A stretch of 64,000 nt of DNA, from the NCBI GenBank assembly GCA_000004985.1, contig GG738867.1; one strand, 5' to 3'. The notes beneath the pieces were generated by a model. It saw only the letters and a program-made list of their open reading frames with translations, had not been told where the DNA came from and did not search any database. The stretch comes from Naegleria gruberi. Taxonomy: Eukaryota. Below are positions 34,023 through 43,129 of the stretch, in pieces; position 1 is the stretch's first letter; each line of letters opens with the position of its first letter. Position numbers and translations under genes: made by a program.

Positions 34023-34274
34023 ATGAGCAAAATGCCAGCTAGAAATACTTCATCAAATTCTTCTTACGAAGATAGAATTCCAACAAAAACGGTCTGGTCA
34101 AGATCTAAACCAATTATAGATGGAACTAGACATCGTAATAAAATTGATTATCATCTTGCAAATTTAAATGGTAAACAAATTTCAGTGAAAAGATCTTCGA
34201 AAAATTCAATTGAAAAGAGAGCTAAACAACAATCAACCACCACTAAGAAGATTACCAAATCGAAAAAGATGTAA
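34023..34274 (+). CDS. Small basic ORF (83 aa) between the two 5S genes; may be non-coding
   Basis: MSKMPARNTSSNSSYEDRIPTKTVWSRSKPIIDGTRHRNK...KKITKSKKM with an ATG start. Very basic. No similarity recognised. Confidence 0.25.
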   Translation: MSKMPARNTSSNSSYEDRIPTKTVWSRSKPIIDGTRHRNKIDYHLANLNGKQISVKRSSKNSIEKRAKQQSTTTKKITKSKKM

Positions 34275-34881
34275 ATTAACTTGTAACTAATTCAGTAAAT
34301 TGTAAATAACGTTTTGAAATAGATGAAGTTTCAATTTAGAATTGATCAGAATATGAGAAACCAAAATTTGCATCAAGCAATTCAACATGGCAACAGTTCA
34401 ATAAATACTAGGTTGATCAACCTTATCTATTTCTTCAAACAAAACCTGAACCAACAAGATTCTGTCTTCGTTGCCTTCACTGTTCATACAGTCAAAGACT
34501 GTAGCGGGATTGTCGCCATATTCCTGGCAGGCTTCCCGTCGTATCTAATTAATTGAAAATTTTTTTAATTGACATTGCTTCTAAGTAGCGATCTAGTAGA
34601 ATTCGACTCTAAGTTACACAACTTAAAGGCAGTTATAAATATGGTTACTAAAGTTCAAAGTGTTAGATCATTAAGTACTGGTTGGAAATAATGCTCCAAT
34701 TGTTAAAGTTATTGATAACTATAAGGATGAGCAAAATGGTTCTTTCATCCAATTTGATGGAACTCAATTGAAATGGTCATACATTTGCTATTTTACTGAG
34801 TTACGGATGTGGTTTGCCTTGTATTCAGTGGATTATATATAGAGTGAACTGATTTATATTTCAGAAATTAAGATAGTTGAT

Positions 34882-34999
34882 GGCTACGGCCATATCACGA
34901 TGAATGCACCTCATCCCGTCCGATTTGAGAAGTTAAGCATCGTCGAGCCACATCAGTACTGAGGTTGGAGACAACTTGGGAACCTGTGGTGCTGTAGTC
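34882..34999 (+). rRNA. 5S ribosomal RNA gene, copy 2
   Basis: Identical to copy 1 and preceded by the same ~40-bp element gtgaactgatttatatttcagaaattaagatagttgat. A T-rich terminator is immediately downstream. Confidence 0.85.
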
Positions 35000-35209
35000 T
35001 TTTATCTTTTTGTCTTTTTGTGGAATAGAATGACCATTCAATTAGAAACAGTAAAAGTATGAAACAAATTTGTTGTTTTATTTCATATAAATAGGCTTCT
35101 CCCATATTTGTCAAGCTAATGAAATAATTTTCATAATATGGAATTATTGACACAACTTTTGAATAACATCTGTCAATTTTAATTTCAATTCCAGATCTTT
35201 CATCCTTCA

Positions 35210-35746
35210 AGATGAAAAGTTATAGTTCATCGTCACTATCTTCATCACTTTCTTCATATAAAAGATAAAGCTGTCCCTCCTTTCATCCACATATAATACA
35301 TCAATATTATTGTAATCTGATTGATTTAAATTAATTTCTCTTTTTTTTGATCCATTCAATAAATCCATTACATAGATTGTATTAATATTATGTATGATAT
35401 ACATTTCATTCTTTGATTTAGCACAATTCATTTTATACTTTGAACTAATCTTACTTTCCCAAATAGGAGATTCTTTTGAATAATCTGTTACATTATCTAA
35501 TATTTTATATTTCTTAATACAATCTCTTGTTCCAATATAAACATTCTGAAATTGACTGTCAATCTGAACAGAACTAAATAAAGGTAATTTAAATTTAAGT
35601 TTCCATGATTTACATTCTGAATCAAATACATAACATTGTTTCTTGGTAGTTATGGCAATTATTAAATTATTTAATTGCTTAGTTGTAACTGTAGTTAAAT
35701 ATGTAATACCAGCAAGTTCTGGAATTGTATCTATTTTATGGAAAGA
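35210..35746 (-). CDS. Hypothetical protein, terminal exon(s); 5' exon not identified
   Basis: The minus-strand frame is open from 35746 to the stop at 35210 (179 codons, ...HKIDTIPELAGITYLTTVTTKQLNN...MNCAKSKNEMYII...NYNFSS*). It has no in-frame ATG until 35431, so an upstream exon is expected. Confidence 0.3.
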
Positions 35747-36090
35747 TCAACTAGGAGGAAATTAATTTTGAAATAATGGATGGAATAATGGATGGAATAA
35801 TATCAGTTTTACTAATTCTTGTTCATCTTCGTGCTGTTCTCTTTGGGGAATTTCACTACATATTGCAGCTTTAAGCTTTTTGGAGTGCTGATCATTTATA
35901 CTAATTTGTCGCAGTTGACTTTCTCTTCATTTTTTTTAATTTGGGAGGAAATTGGAAGTTTTTTTAGAGGAATAAATTTCTGAATTTGACCATTAAATTG
36001 AGCAAACACATATCTTTCAATTTATTCAAATATTGGGATCATCCAGATTCATTTATTTACATTGTTATTTTTTATTTAAAATTAAAAAAA

Positions 36091-37575
36091 ATGCAAACAA
36101 TTCAAAAGGCATTTAATATTGATCATTCTTTAAATTGGATCGGAAAGGAATTAAAAATATATGATCGTTCCAATGATAATGAAGATAAATCCTATGATGA
36201 ATGGTTATTAAATTATTCGGATACACTTGTTGCTGTTTCAAGGGATTGTAAATTAGTTGGAATTGGACATTATCGTCATTGTTATTTATGTATATATGAT
36301 AATTCTATAAATGAATTTGAATTAATTCAAGTAAATTCACCATGTAAATATGAAGGGTAAATATGAATATTATTATTTTAATATTTATTTGGATTAAGAG
36401 AGAAAATTACTTGTTTAATGTGGATTTCATTTAGTAATCAAAATTTTCTAATGATTGGATCTTCGGAAGGTTATTTGAGAATTTATGATGTTCAACAAGA
36501 TAAAATTATTCGTGAAGAGAGATTTCACGATTTGGAAATTGTTAAAATTCGATCACAAAGTGTTTTTCACAACACACTTCTTCCAAATTTTCAAAAAGAA
36601 ATTATTTTAATAATATATCCTAATCATGTCATCACTATTGATCCTCTCCATCTCAAAAAGGAATTAAATAGTGAAAATCCTTCCATGGATTTGGATGATT
36701 TAGAATACAAGAAATGGAATTTACAAGAATTTGCTAAACTTAATGATGCTTGTTGTTTATATTCTCATTGTTCTGATTCTTCAATTTTTGAAGTGATGGA
36801 AGAAAAGAGTGAATTTGATATTGTAGCGGTTGGTAAATCAACACTAGCTCTCTACTCAACAGCTAATGAAATTGTTGAATATGTGAGAAAGAGAACAAGA
36901 GTGAAGAAAATTGCAACACAAGTAGCAAGCAAAGTTTATTCTCTTGCATCCAATTACAGCTCATGGTTATGGGGAGGAAATAAGGAAGTTGAGCAACCGA
37001 GTGAACCTGAAGAACCAGAAATATTACCAGGTACACGTATTCCAATTTCCAATCGATTCATAGATGAAAAGAGAGAAATATTTCATGCTGATTTGGATTA
37101 TACAGGAAAATATTTGGCAACGAGTGATTCTTTGGGAAGAATTTTAATATTTGATTTATCAACCATGACTGTTATGAAAGTATTTAAAGGATACAGAGAA
37201 GCTCATTGTTATTGGTTTTTCACTGGATCAGAACCTGAAAATATGAATAGTGAATCAAATATTGAATTATTATTGATATTTGCACCTAGGAGAGGCATAT
37301 TGGAATGTTGGACCATTGATGGAAGGAGATTATATGCACTAACCGTTGGAACTGATAAGAGATTTATTAAGGCATCTGGAAATTTCATTGAAGGAAAAGA
37401 AACAACCTTTCATCCTTCACAATTTTATCTCATCTCACAAACAGATGGATCCATTCAACAAGTAGAATTTGACATTTCACTTGAAAAGATACAAAAAAGT
37501 GATTTTATTGATAATTCCTCTTCTTCAGGTTCTGCAAATCCATTCAAATTACTAATGGAAAATAAACTCAATTAA
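36091..37575 (+). CDS. RAB3GAP2-like protein (Rab3-GAP regulatory subunit N-terminal domain), 2 exons, ending at an in-frame TAA
   Basis: Exon 1 36091..36356 (MQTIQKAFNIDHSLNWIGKEL...SPCKYEG, donor GTAAAT). Exon 2 36435..37575 after acceptor tttcatttag. The block HADLDYTGKYLATSDSLGRILIFDLSTMTVMKVFKGYREAHCYWF...[28 protein letters not shown] is collinear with human RAB3GAP2 ...[35 protein letters not shown]...[29 protein letters not shown]. Confidence 0.65.
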
Positions 37576-38835
37576 TTCAACAATACAACAATACATTCAA
37601 CAGCTTCTATTAAATTATTGAACATTACAAATTACAAAAAAATGTGGTTACTCGTAGAAACACAACAATTCGTCATCAATAATAGTGAAGACATATCGGA
37701 ACCAACACCATCCGATTCTTCTTCTATTGCAATAATTCCATCAGCAACATCATCCAATATTACTAACACTAGTGGTGATGATAATAATCAGCAACAACAT
37801 CAAGAATCAATTACATCCTCCTCTTCATCCTCTTCATCATCAACAATAATTTTGAATAATTCATTTCTTCATGAAGCACCTTTGAATGTAAATTTAACTG
37901 AATTAAATTCAGCACTTTCAAGAATTGTTAAAGGAAGACATGTTTTATTTTCATGTTTTGAATATTTACTTTCTAATCAATTAATTAAAAAGGCTAAAGA
38001 TGAACAAGAATTAAAAGAAAAAGAATCAATTTTATATAATGAATTATTTCCAATATTTCAAAATTGTTGTGACAAATCATTTATAATAAGTCATAAAATT
38101 CCAATTACACCTCAAATAATTCATGAAGAAAAGACAAATTTAAAAAAGATTTGTGAAAAACATTTAAATTCAAATAATTTTATAACTTTATGTAAACTTA
38201 TTGATGCAATTGAAAAGAATACAGATTATATTCACTCAATAACATGTTTTAATGGTAAAAAGAGTCTTTCACATTCAGATTATAAAAAGTATGATGATTT
38301 GAGACGAGTATTTGCAACAGATAATGAAAAAACAAAAATTAACATCAAGATTGAAATTAAATTGAATACACCAGTTCATATTCATTTAACTAAATGTGAA
38401 TTTGCACCTCCCCTAATAGAAAACAAGAAGAGAAAGGCAAGACAATTAACAAATCTTGAAGAAGAAATGCTTTCCAATAATGATGAAAATGGATCTTTCT
38501 TTCATATTAAAAAGAAGAAGGTTGAAAAGTATGGTCCAAGAAGATTGAAAATTCCAGATGATCTCGCAATTAAAAAGGAACAATTGGAATATATTGGAGA
38601 ATCAAGCATGTTAAAAAATAGATTAAAGAATGAAAGATTACAGAAAATGCTTTTAGAAGTTGATGCTAATTATGATAGAGAACAAGTTTTGGATTTCTTT
38701 TTGGAAACTGAACCTGAATTTTTAATATTCTGTGAAGAGTTACTTTACATTATGGGAAGAAGAGATGATAATGATTTGAAACAAATTCATGAAGTTAATG
38801 CTAAATATGAACAAATGAAACAGAATAAACAATAA
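37576..38835 (+). CDS. ORF in the same frame immediately downstream of the RAB3GAP2-like stop codon (possible C-terminal part of the same gene); first ATG at 37642
   Basis: Frame is open from 37576 (FNNTTIHSTASIKLLNITNYKKMWLLVETQ...) to 38835. 37618-36418 = 1200, so it shares the frame of the upstream ORF. Only 66 nt separate the upstream stop and the ATG. Confidence 0.4.
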   Translation, partial: FNNTTIHSTASIKLLNITNYKKMWLLVETQQFVINNSEDISEPTPSDSSSIAIIPSATSSNITNTSGDDNNQQQHQESITSSSSSSSSSTIILNNSFLHEAPLNVNLTELNSALSRIVKGRHVLFSCFEYLLSNQLIKKAKDEQELKEKESILYNELFPIFQNCCDKSFIISHKIPITPQIIHEEKTNLKKICEKHLNSNNFITLCKLIDAIEKNTDYIHSITCFNGKKSLSHSDYKKYDDLRRVFATDNEKTKINIKIEIKLNTPVHIHLTKCEFAPPLIENKKRKARQLTNLEEEMLSNNDENGSFFHIKKKKVEKYGPRRLKIPDDLAIKKEQLEYIGESSMLKNRLKNERLQKMLLEVDANYDREQVLDFFLETEPEFLIFCEELLYIMGRRDDNDLKQIHEVNAKYEQMKQNKQ

Positions 38836-39159
38836 GATTATAGTACTTTAGAGAATTTGCCTTAATATATTTTCATGTGGTGTATCTTTGAAGATTACAG
38901 ATGAAACAATTGTATTCAAATGAATTAGATTAATAGACATTTTAGATTTACCGTGAGTGAACCATCAGGATTAAATCACCTCACTCTGCTCAGTTTATTT
39001 ACAGTTTTACAATACCAAATTTTGAATAAATTCCTTAAAAAGCTTTGCCAATTGTTGTACATACTAAAAGTCTAGTGCCCACAAAAACAGGAACAAAAAG
39101 GCGACAATTCCAAGCAAGACCTAAATGTTCAACTAGCCTGTGTGAAAGCAGAGAAAAAA

Positions 39160-39310
39160 AAGTCGCGCAATTCTTTTGAAATTCTCATTTTCGCGCTTAA
39201 TTCGCTGTAGACGCAAATTGTCTGCACAATGCTTTTTTGATTCTCAAACAACCATAAGCCGAATGATAGTGTAAAAATAAGCTCGTTGGTTTTTCGCGTT
39301 CCGCGTTTCT
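39160..39310. promoter_or_regulatory. GC-enriched promoter segment with several E2F-like TTTCGCGC / CGCGAAA motifs upstream of the 39350 gene
   Basis: Read directly: agtcgcgcaattc (39161), ttttcgcgcttaattcgc (39187), tttttcgcgttccgcgtttc (39290). The segment is unusually CG-containing for this genome. Confidence 0.3.
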
Positions 39311-39349
39311 CTTTCTTCGTGGATATCAAGCCAAACAAAAAAGCGAAAG

Positions 39350-40888
39350 ATGTACCCACAACCACAAAGTATTAATCAACACTACCCTCCACCAACATCA
39401 TCATCAATTTTACCTTCAATTCCATCAACAACAAGTTTTACTAATACCAATGGTGGCTCTACTATTCTTCATCATCAATACGTGAATAATAGTAATAACA
39501 ATGGATTGATTAATTCCTCTTCACAATCCAATCAATATGGTTATCAACAACAACAAAATGATGATTTAAATAAGAAAGCTTTAACATTACTTTTCAATAG
39601 AACTCCATCAAAACCAGCTACAACTTATTATGATTCGAAGTGTTATGCTACTTCCGGTGTTAGTACTGCCTTACATTATCATGATTCCTCCAATCATCAC
39701 TCGAAAAACATGTTCAGTCAACAACAATACTATCCAAATTATTTGGTTCAAAATATTTCAACAACAACTCAACAACCTGTTAATAATACGACTAACATGT
39801 ACAATCAATTCAATCAAATTTACCCAACCACTACCAGTGCACACGCTCCAGTTAATCCTGTGAGCGCTCACACTATTCCATCCCCTCTTCTTTCCAAAAC
39901 TCAAACTACTACTTTCCACAATAATATTGTTGAATCTGGTGTCATCTCCAATACTACCAATGTTACCTCCGTTAAGACTGTTAGCACTCCTGAACAATCC
40001 ACTATTGATCAAAAAGTGATATCTTCCACAACAAATAATTTGCAATCCTTTAATGAAATTATTGGAATGATAGACGAAAAAAAGAAGCGGAAGGACTCAT
40101 CAGATCAACAACAAAACAAGAAGAGAAAAAAGGAACCTGTCCAAGTTAAGGAAGAAGATGAAGAGGAGGAATGTGAAGAAGAAGTTGTCGAAGAAGATTT
40201 TGTTAATGGTTCTTCCACTGAAAAATTGTTGCCAATAAGAGCTCTCGCTCATCTTGTTGGACTTTCTAAAGATGAAGGTAAAACATGGAGATACAGAGAT
40301 GTTCGTAGAGCTTTATTCGAGAAGACATCAAAGGAACACAGCAACTTTATTGAAAAGAATCAACAACATTCAATTCTTAGACAAAGACTTCCTCACAAGT
40401 TGACTCTTGTTAGCTTCTGTAAAAGGATTATGTTGCTTGTCTTCCACTTTATTATAAGAGATGGTAGAGAGCCAAAGTTCTTTTTGCGCACTCATGTCAA
40501 GAAGGATCTTATTGAAAATACCTTAGAAAACGAGGCACCTGAATTTTACAAGAAGATTAATTGCAATATTGCCATGAAGATACACGCTTTCATTTGTACT
40601 GGTTTATCAATTGAGCAAGCTGCAAAAAATGTTCTTCAAAATATTCCACAAGGTGATAAATCTGCCGTAGCAACAGTCAACGTTACTCAATGCTCTAGTT
40701 CAACAAATAGTTCTGAACAACATTCATCCAATTCTATAGAACCAAAAACTAGTCCAATTCTTGATTCTCCAACTCTTTCCCCAATCAATCCAACACTCCC
40801 TTCGCTTCGTGATTTGCTGAAACAACCAAGTGCTCTGTCAGCTCACGTTAATTGTCAATCCTGTCCACACTGTAAGCAAGAGATTTAA
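39350..40888 (+). CDS. Hypothetical nuclear-type protein (Gln/Asn/Thr-rich N-terminus, acidic stretch, KKRKK NLS)
   Basis: 512-aa ORF with ATG at 39350. The C-terminal half (...LLPIRALAHLVGLSKDEGKTWRYRDVRRALFEK...) is not low-complexity and looks like a folded domain, but no family was recognised. Confidence 0.45.
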   Translation: MYPQPQSINQHYPPPTSSSILPSIPSTTSFTNTNGGSTILHHQYVNNSNNNGLINSSSQSNQYGYQQQQNDDLNKKALTLLFNRTPSKPATTYYDSKCYATSGVSTALHYHDSSNHHSKNMFSQQQYYPNYLVQNISTTTQQPVNNTTNMYNQFNQIYPTTTSAHAPVNPVSAHTIPSPLLSKTQTTTFHNNIVESGVISNTTNVTSVKTVSTPEQSTIDQKVISSTTNNLQSFNEIIGMIDEKKKRKDSSDQQQNKKRKKEPVQVKEEDEEEECEEEVVEEDFVNGSSTEKLLPIRALAHLVGLSKDEGKTWRYRDVRRALFEKTSKEHSNFIEKNQQHSILRQRLPHKLTLVSFCKRIMLLVFHFIIRDGREPKFFLRTHVKKDLIENTLENEAPEFYKKINCNIAMKIHAFICTGLSIEQAAKNVLQNIPQGDKSAVATVNVTQCSSSTNSSEQHSSNSIEPKTSPILDSPTLSPINPTLPSLRDLLKQPSALSAHVNCQSCPHCKQEI

Positions 40889-40953
40889 AAAGGCAACCAG
40901 TTAAACATCAAGTCCAAGATGAATCCTTTTGATTCAAATTTTGAAATAAAAAA

Positions 40954-42368
40954 ATGTACGAAAACAAGCTAAACAGTTACAATAACAAACAAGGTTCAAC
41001 GTTATATCTGGTTGGTGAATTAATGTCACTTTCACATGCTGTATTTCCAGGAGAGCACGTATTCAAAGTTTCTTCCACTTCAGTTTCAGAATTTGAACCT
41101 TTTAAAATTGATGATACTAATTCCGATCTTACAAAGATTGCTGATGCTATTTATCAAAAAGTGGTTCATTTACCAAATATCAATGTTGTAAAAGGTATGA
41201 AATTTGCGTTACTTGCGTTTGTTAAATTTAGTATTATAATAATAATAATATCTGTAAAAATGATGTTGAACAAAATCAATCGATTAACACTGTGATATTT
41301 AGTAATTTCTGGTCGTCATCACACTCATCTCATCACATTCGAAGGAAGAATTTTGAGTTTTGGAACAAATGGTAATGGTGAATTATGTTGTGGAGTATCT
41401 GGAGCATTAGGTGGTTCTCCAATTAGAGGTCTCATTAGAGCTGAAGGTTTGTTTTTAATGATTATAAGTTTGATTGTAAATTCATTTGTTAACAAATTAC
41501 AACAACAACAACAATATAGGTGTTATCAATGAATATAAAATAATTGACGGAGCTGGAGGTGGATATCACAGTATTTTCATTTCAATTGATGGTTCAGTAT
41601 TTGTAAATGGATCTAATTCAGCTAATCAATTGGGAATTTCAGATACTGAATCTCAAAAGAAACCAGTTAAACTTCCAAGTGATTATTTTGATGGTCAACC
41701 TATTTGTAAAGTAGGAGCTAACAATACTCATTCTGTATTTATTACAAGAAATTCTCAAGTTTATGTTGCAGGATCTGATTCTAATGGATGTTGTGCAGGT
41801 ATTAAAAGTAGTTCAGTACCTTTATTATTGAAATTTCCAATACAATTTACACCAATTGATGTCAGTTGTGGTTATGATGATACTAAATTTCTAACAAGTC
41901 AAGGTGTGTNNNNNNNNNNNNNNNNNNNNNNNNNNNNNNNNNNNNNNNNNNNNNNNNNNNNNNNNNNNNNNNNNTCATTCGAGGTTTTCAGATATTATTA
42001 AAATATCAAATGGATATTTCTGTCAATCATTTCAAACAAGTGATTTTTTGGTTCATGGAAGTTCAGTAATTGAAGATCAATTTCTTGAAAATTTTCATTC
42101 AGGTGATTATGACATTTATATTACAAAGGAATTTAATCCAAAAACTAAAGGATTTGGATTTATTAGAAAGTTGGATGGAACTGATTTGACTGGTGAATTT
42201 AACTTTAATGATTTGGTTGAACAAGTTGGAATTTCATCTCAAAGAAATCATTTTATTATTCATACTTATAGAGATGATTATAATCCAATTCATGAACATT
42301 TCATATTCTTTATTAAATTAATTGGAAATGACAGATTACCTTTAAATGATATTAAATTTATTTTTTAA
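40954..42368 (+). CDS. RCC1-repeat protein, at least 4 exons, interrupted by assembly gap 41910..41974
   Basis: Exons are about 40954..41194, 41303..41446 (ISGRHHTHLITFEGRILSFGTNGNGELCCGVSGALGGSPIRGLIRAEG) and 41520..41909 (GVINEYKIIDGAGGGYHSIFISIDGSVFVNGSNSANQLGISD...VYVAGSDSNGCCAG...); then 41975..42368 after the gap. The repeated hS..lt.dG.v...G.N..GQLG pattern is typical of RCC1 blades. Confidence 0.6.
41910..41974. other. Assembly gap (65 N) inside the RCC1-repeat gene
   Basis: Run of n characters. Confidence 0.95.
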
Positions 42369-42676
42369 ATTATAATTGTAAAATAAAAACAATTAAATAT
42401 ATTTAATGAACCTTTATTTAACTATGGAAAGTTTAATGTTTATTAACTATAAACCAACTATTTCTGGAATCTATTGTTTGGTGTGGATTACAAAATCCAG
42501 AAACGGATGATTTTGAACATGTACTGAAAAGGCTTGAAGATTTTAAATTTCGTTATTTTAAAAAAAAAATTCAATCAGAAAACAAAGGCTGTGTGACAGA
42601 CTTTAATATTTCATCATAAACACAAATACAAATTTTTGATCGGATTTTTTAAAGTATACAATTCATCATCTTTATA

Positions 42677-43105
42677 ATGGCTTATTTACTTCCACACTTG
42701 AATTCTGGATGGGCTGTTGATCAGGCAATAGTAACAGAGGAGGATAGAATTATTGTGATACGGTTTGGACATGACTGGGATGCAACTTGTATGGAAATGG
42801 ATGAAACTTTGAGTAAAATTGCGGAAAAAGTAAAGAATATGTGTATTATTTATTTAGTGGATATTACTAAAGTACCAGATTTTAACAAAATGTATGAATT
42901 ATATGATGCCTGTTCGGTGATGTTTTTCTTTAGAAATAAGCATATTATGATAGATTTAGGAACTGGTGATAATAACAAAATTAATTGGGCAATAACTGAC
43001 AAACAAGAAATGATTGATATTATTGAAACTGTGTATAGAGGAGCTAAAAAAGGAAGAGGTTTGGTTATTTCACCAAAAGATTATTCAACGAAACATAAAT
43101 TTTAA
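42677..43105 (+). CDS. dim1: Dim1/DIB1 (U5 snRNP 15-kDa thioredoxin-like protein 4A)
   Basis: 142-aa ORF MAYLLPHLNSGWAVDQAIVTEEDRIIVIRFGHDWDATCMEMDETLSKIAEKVKNMCIIYLVDITKVPDFNKMYELYDACSVMFFFRNKHIMIDLGTGDNNKINWAITDKQEMIDIIETVYRGAKKGRGLVISPKDYSTKHKF. It is nearly collinear with human TXNL4A. Confidence 0.85.
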   Translation: MAYLLPHLNSGWAVDQAIVTEEDRIIVIRFGHDWDATCMEMDETLSKIAEKVKNMCIIYLVDITKVPDFNKMYELYDACSVMFFFRNKHIMIDLGTGDNNKINWAITDKQEMIDIIETVYRGAKKGRGLVISPKDYSTKHKF

Positions 43106-43129
43106 TTTTCTTAGAAGAAATGGAATAAT

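Noticed and set aside
34323-34556. Track ORF 34323..34556 (+), 77 aa
   Set aside because: It is antisense to the more protein-like minus-strand open segment and has odd composition. It is probably not a gene.
34500-34565. Resemblance of gtagcgggattgtcgcc...cccgtcgtatc + T7 to the 3' strand of 7SL/SRP RNA helix 5 (GUAGUGGGAUCGCGCC...CCCGUCUC)
   Set aside because: No complementary 5' strand, Alu-domain motif or helix-8 GNRA motif could be found within 300 nt upstream, so the similarity is probably chance. It is kept only as part of the 5S-neighbourhood finding.
39129-39365. Track ORF 39129..39365 (-), 78 aa
   Set aside because: It lies entirely within the CG-containing promoter of the 39350 gene and overlaps its start codon. 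It is better explained as promoter sequence.
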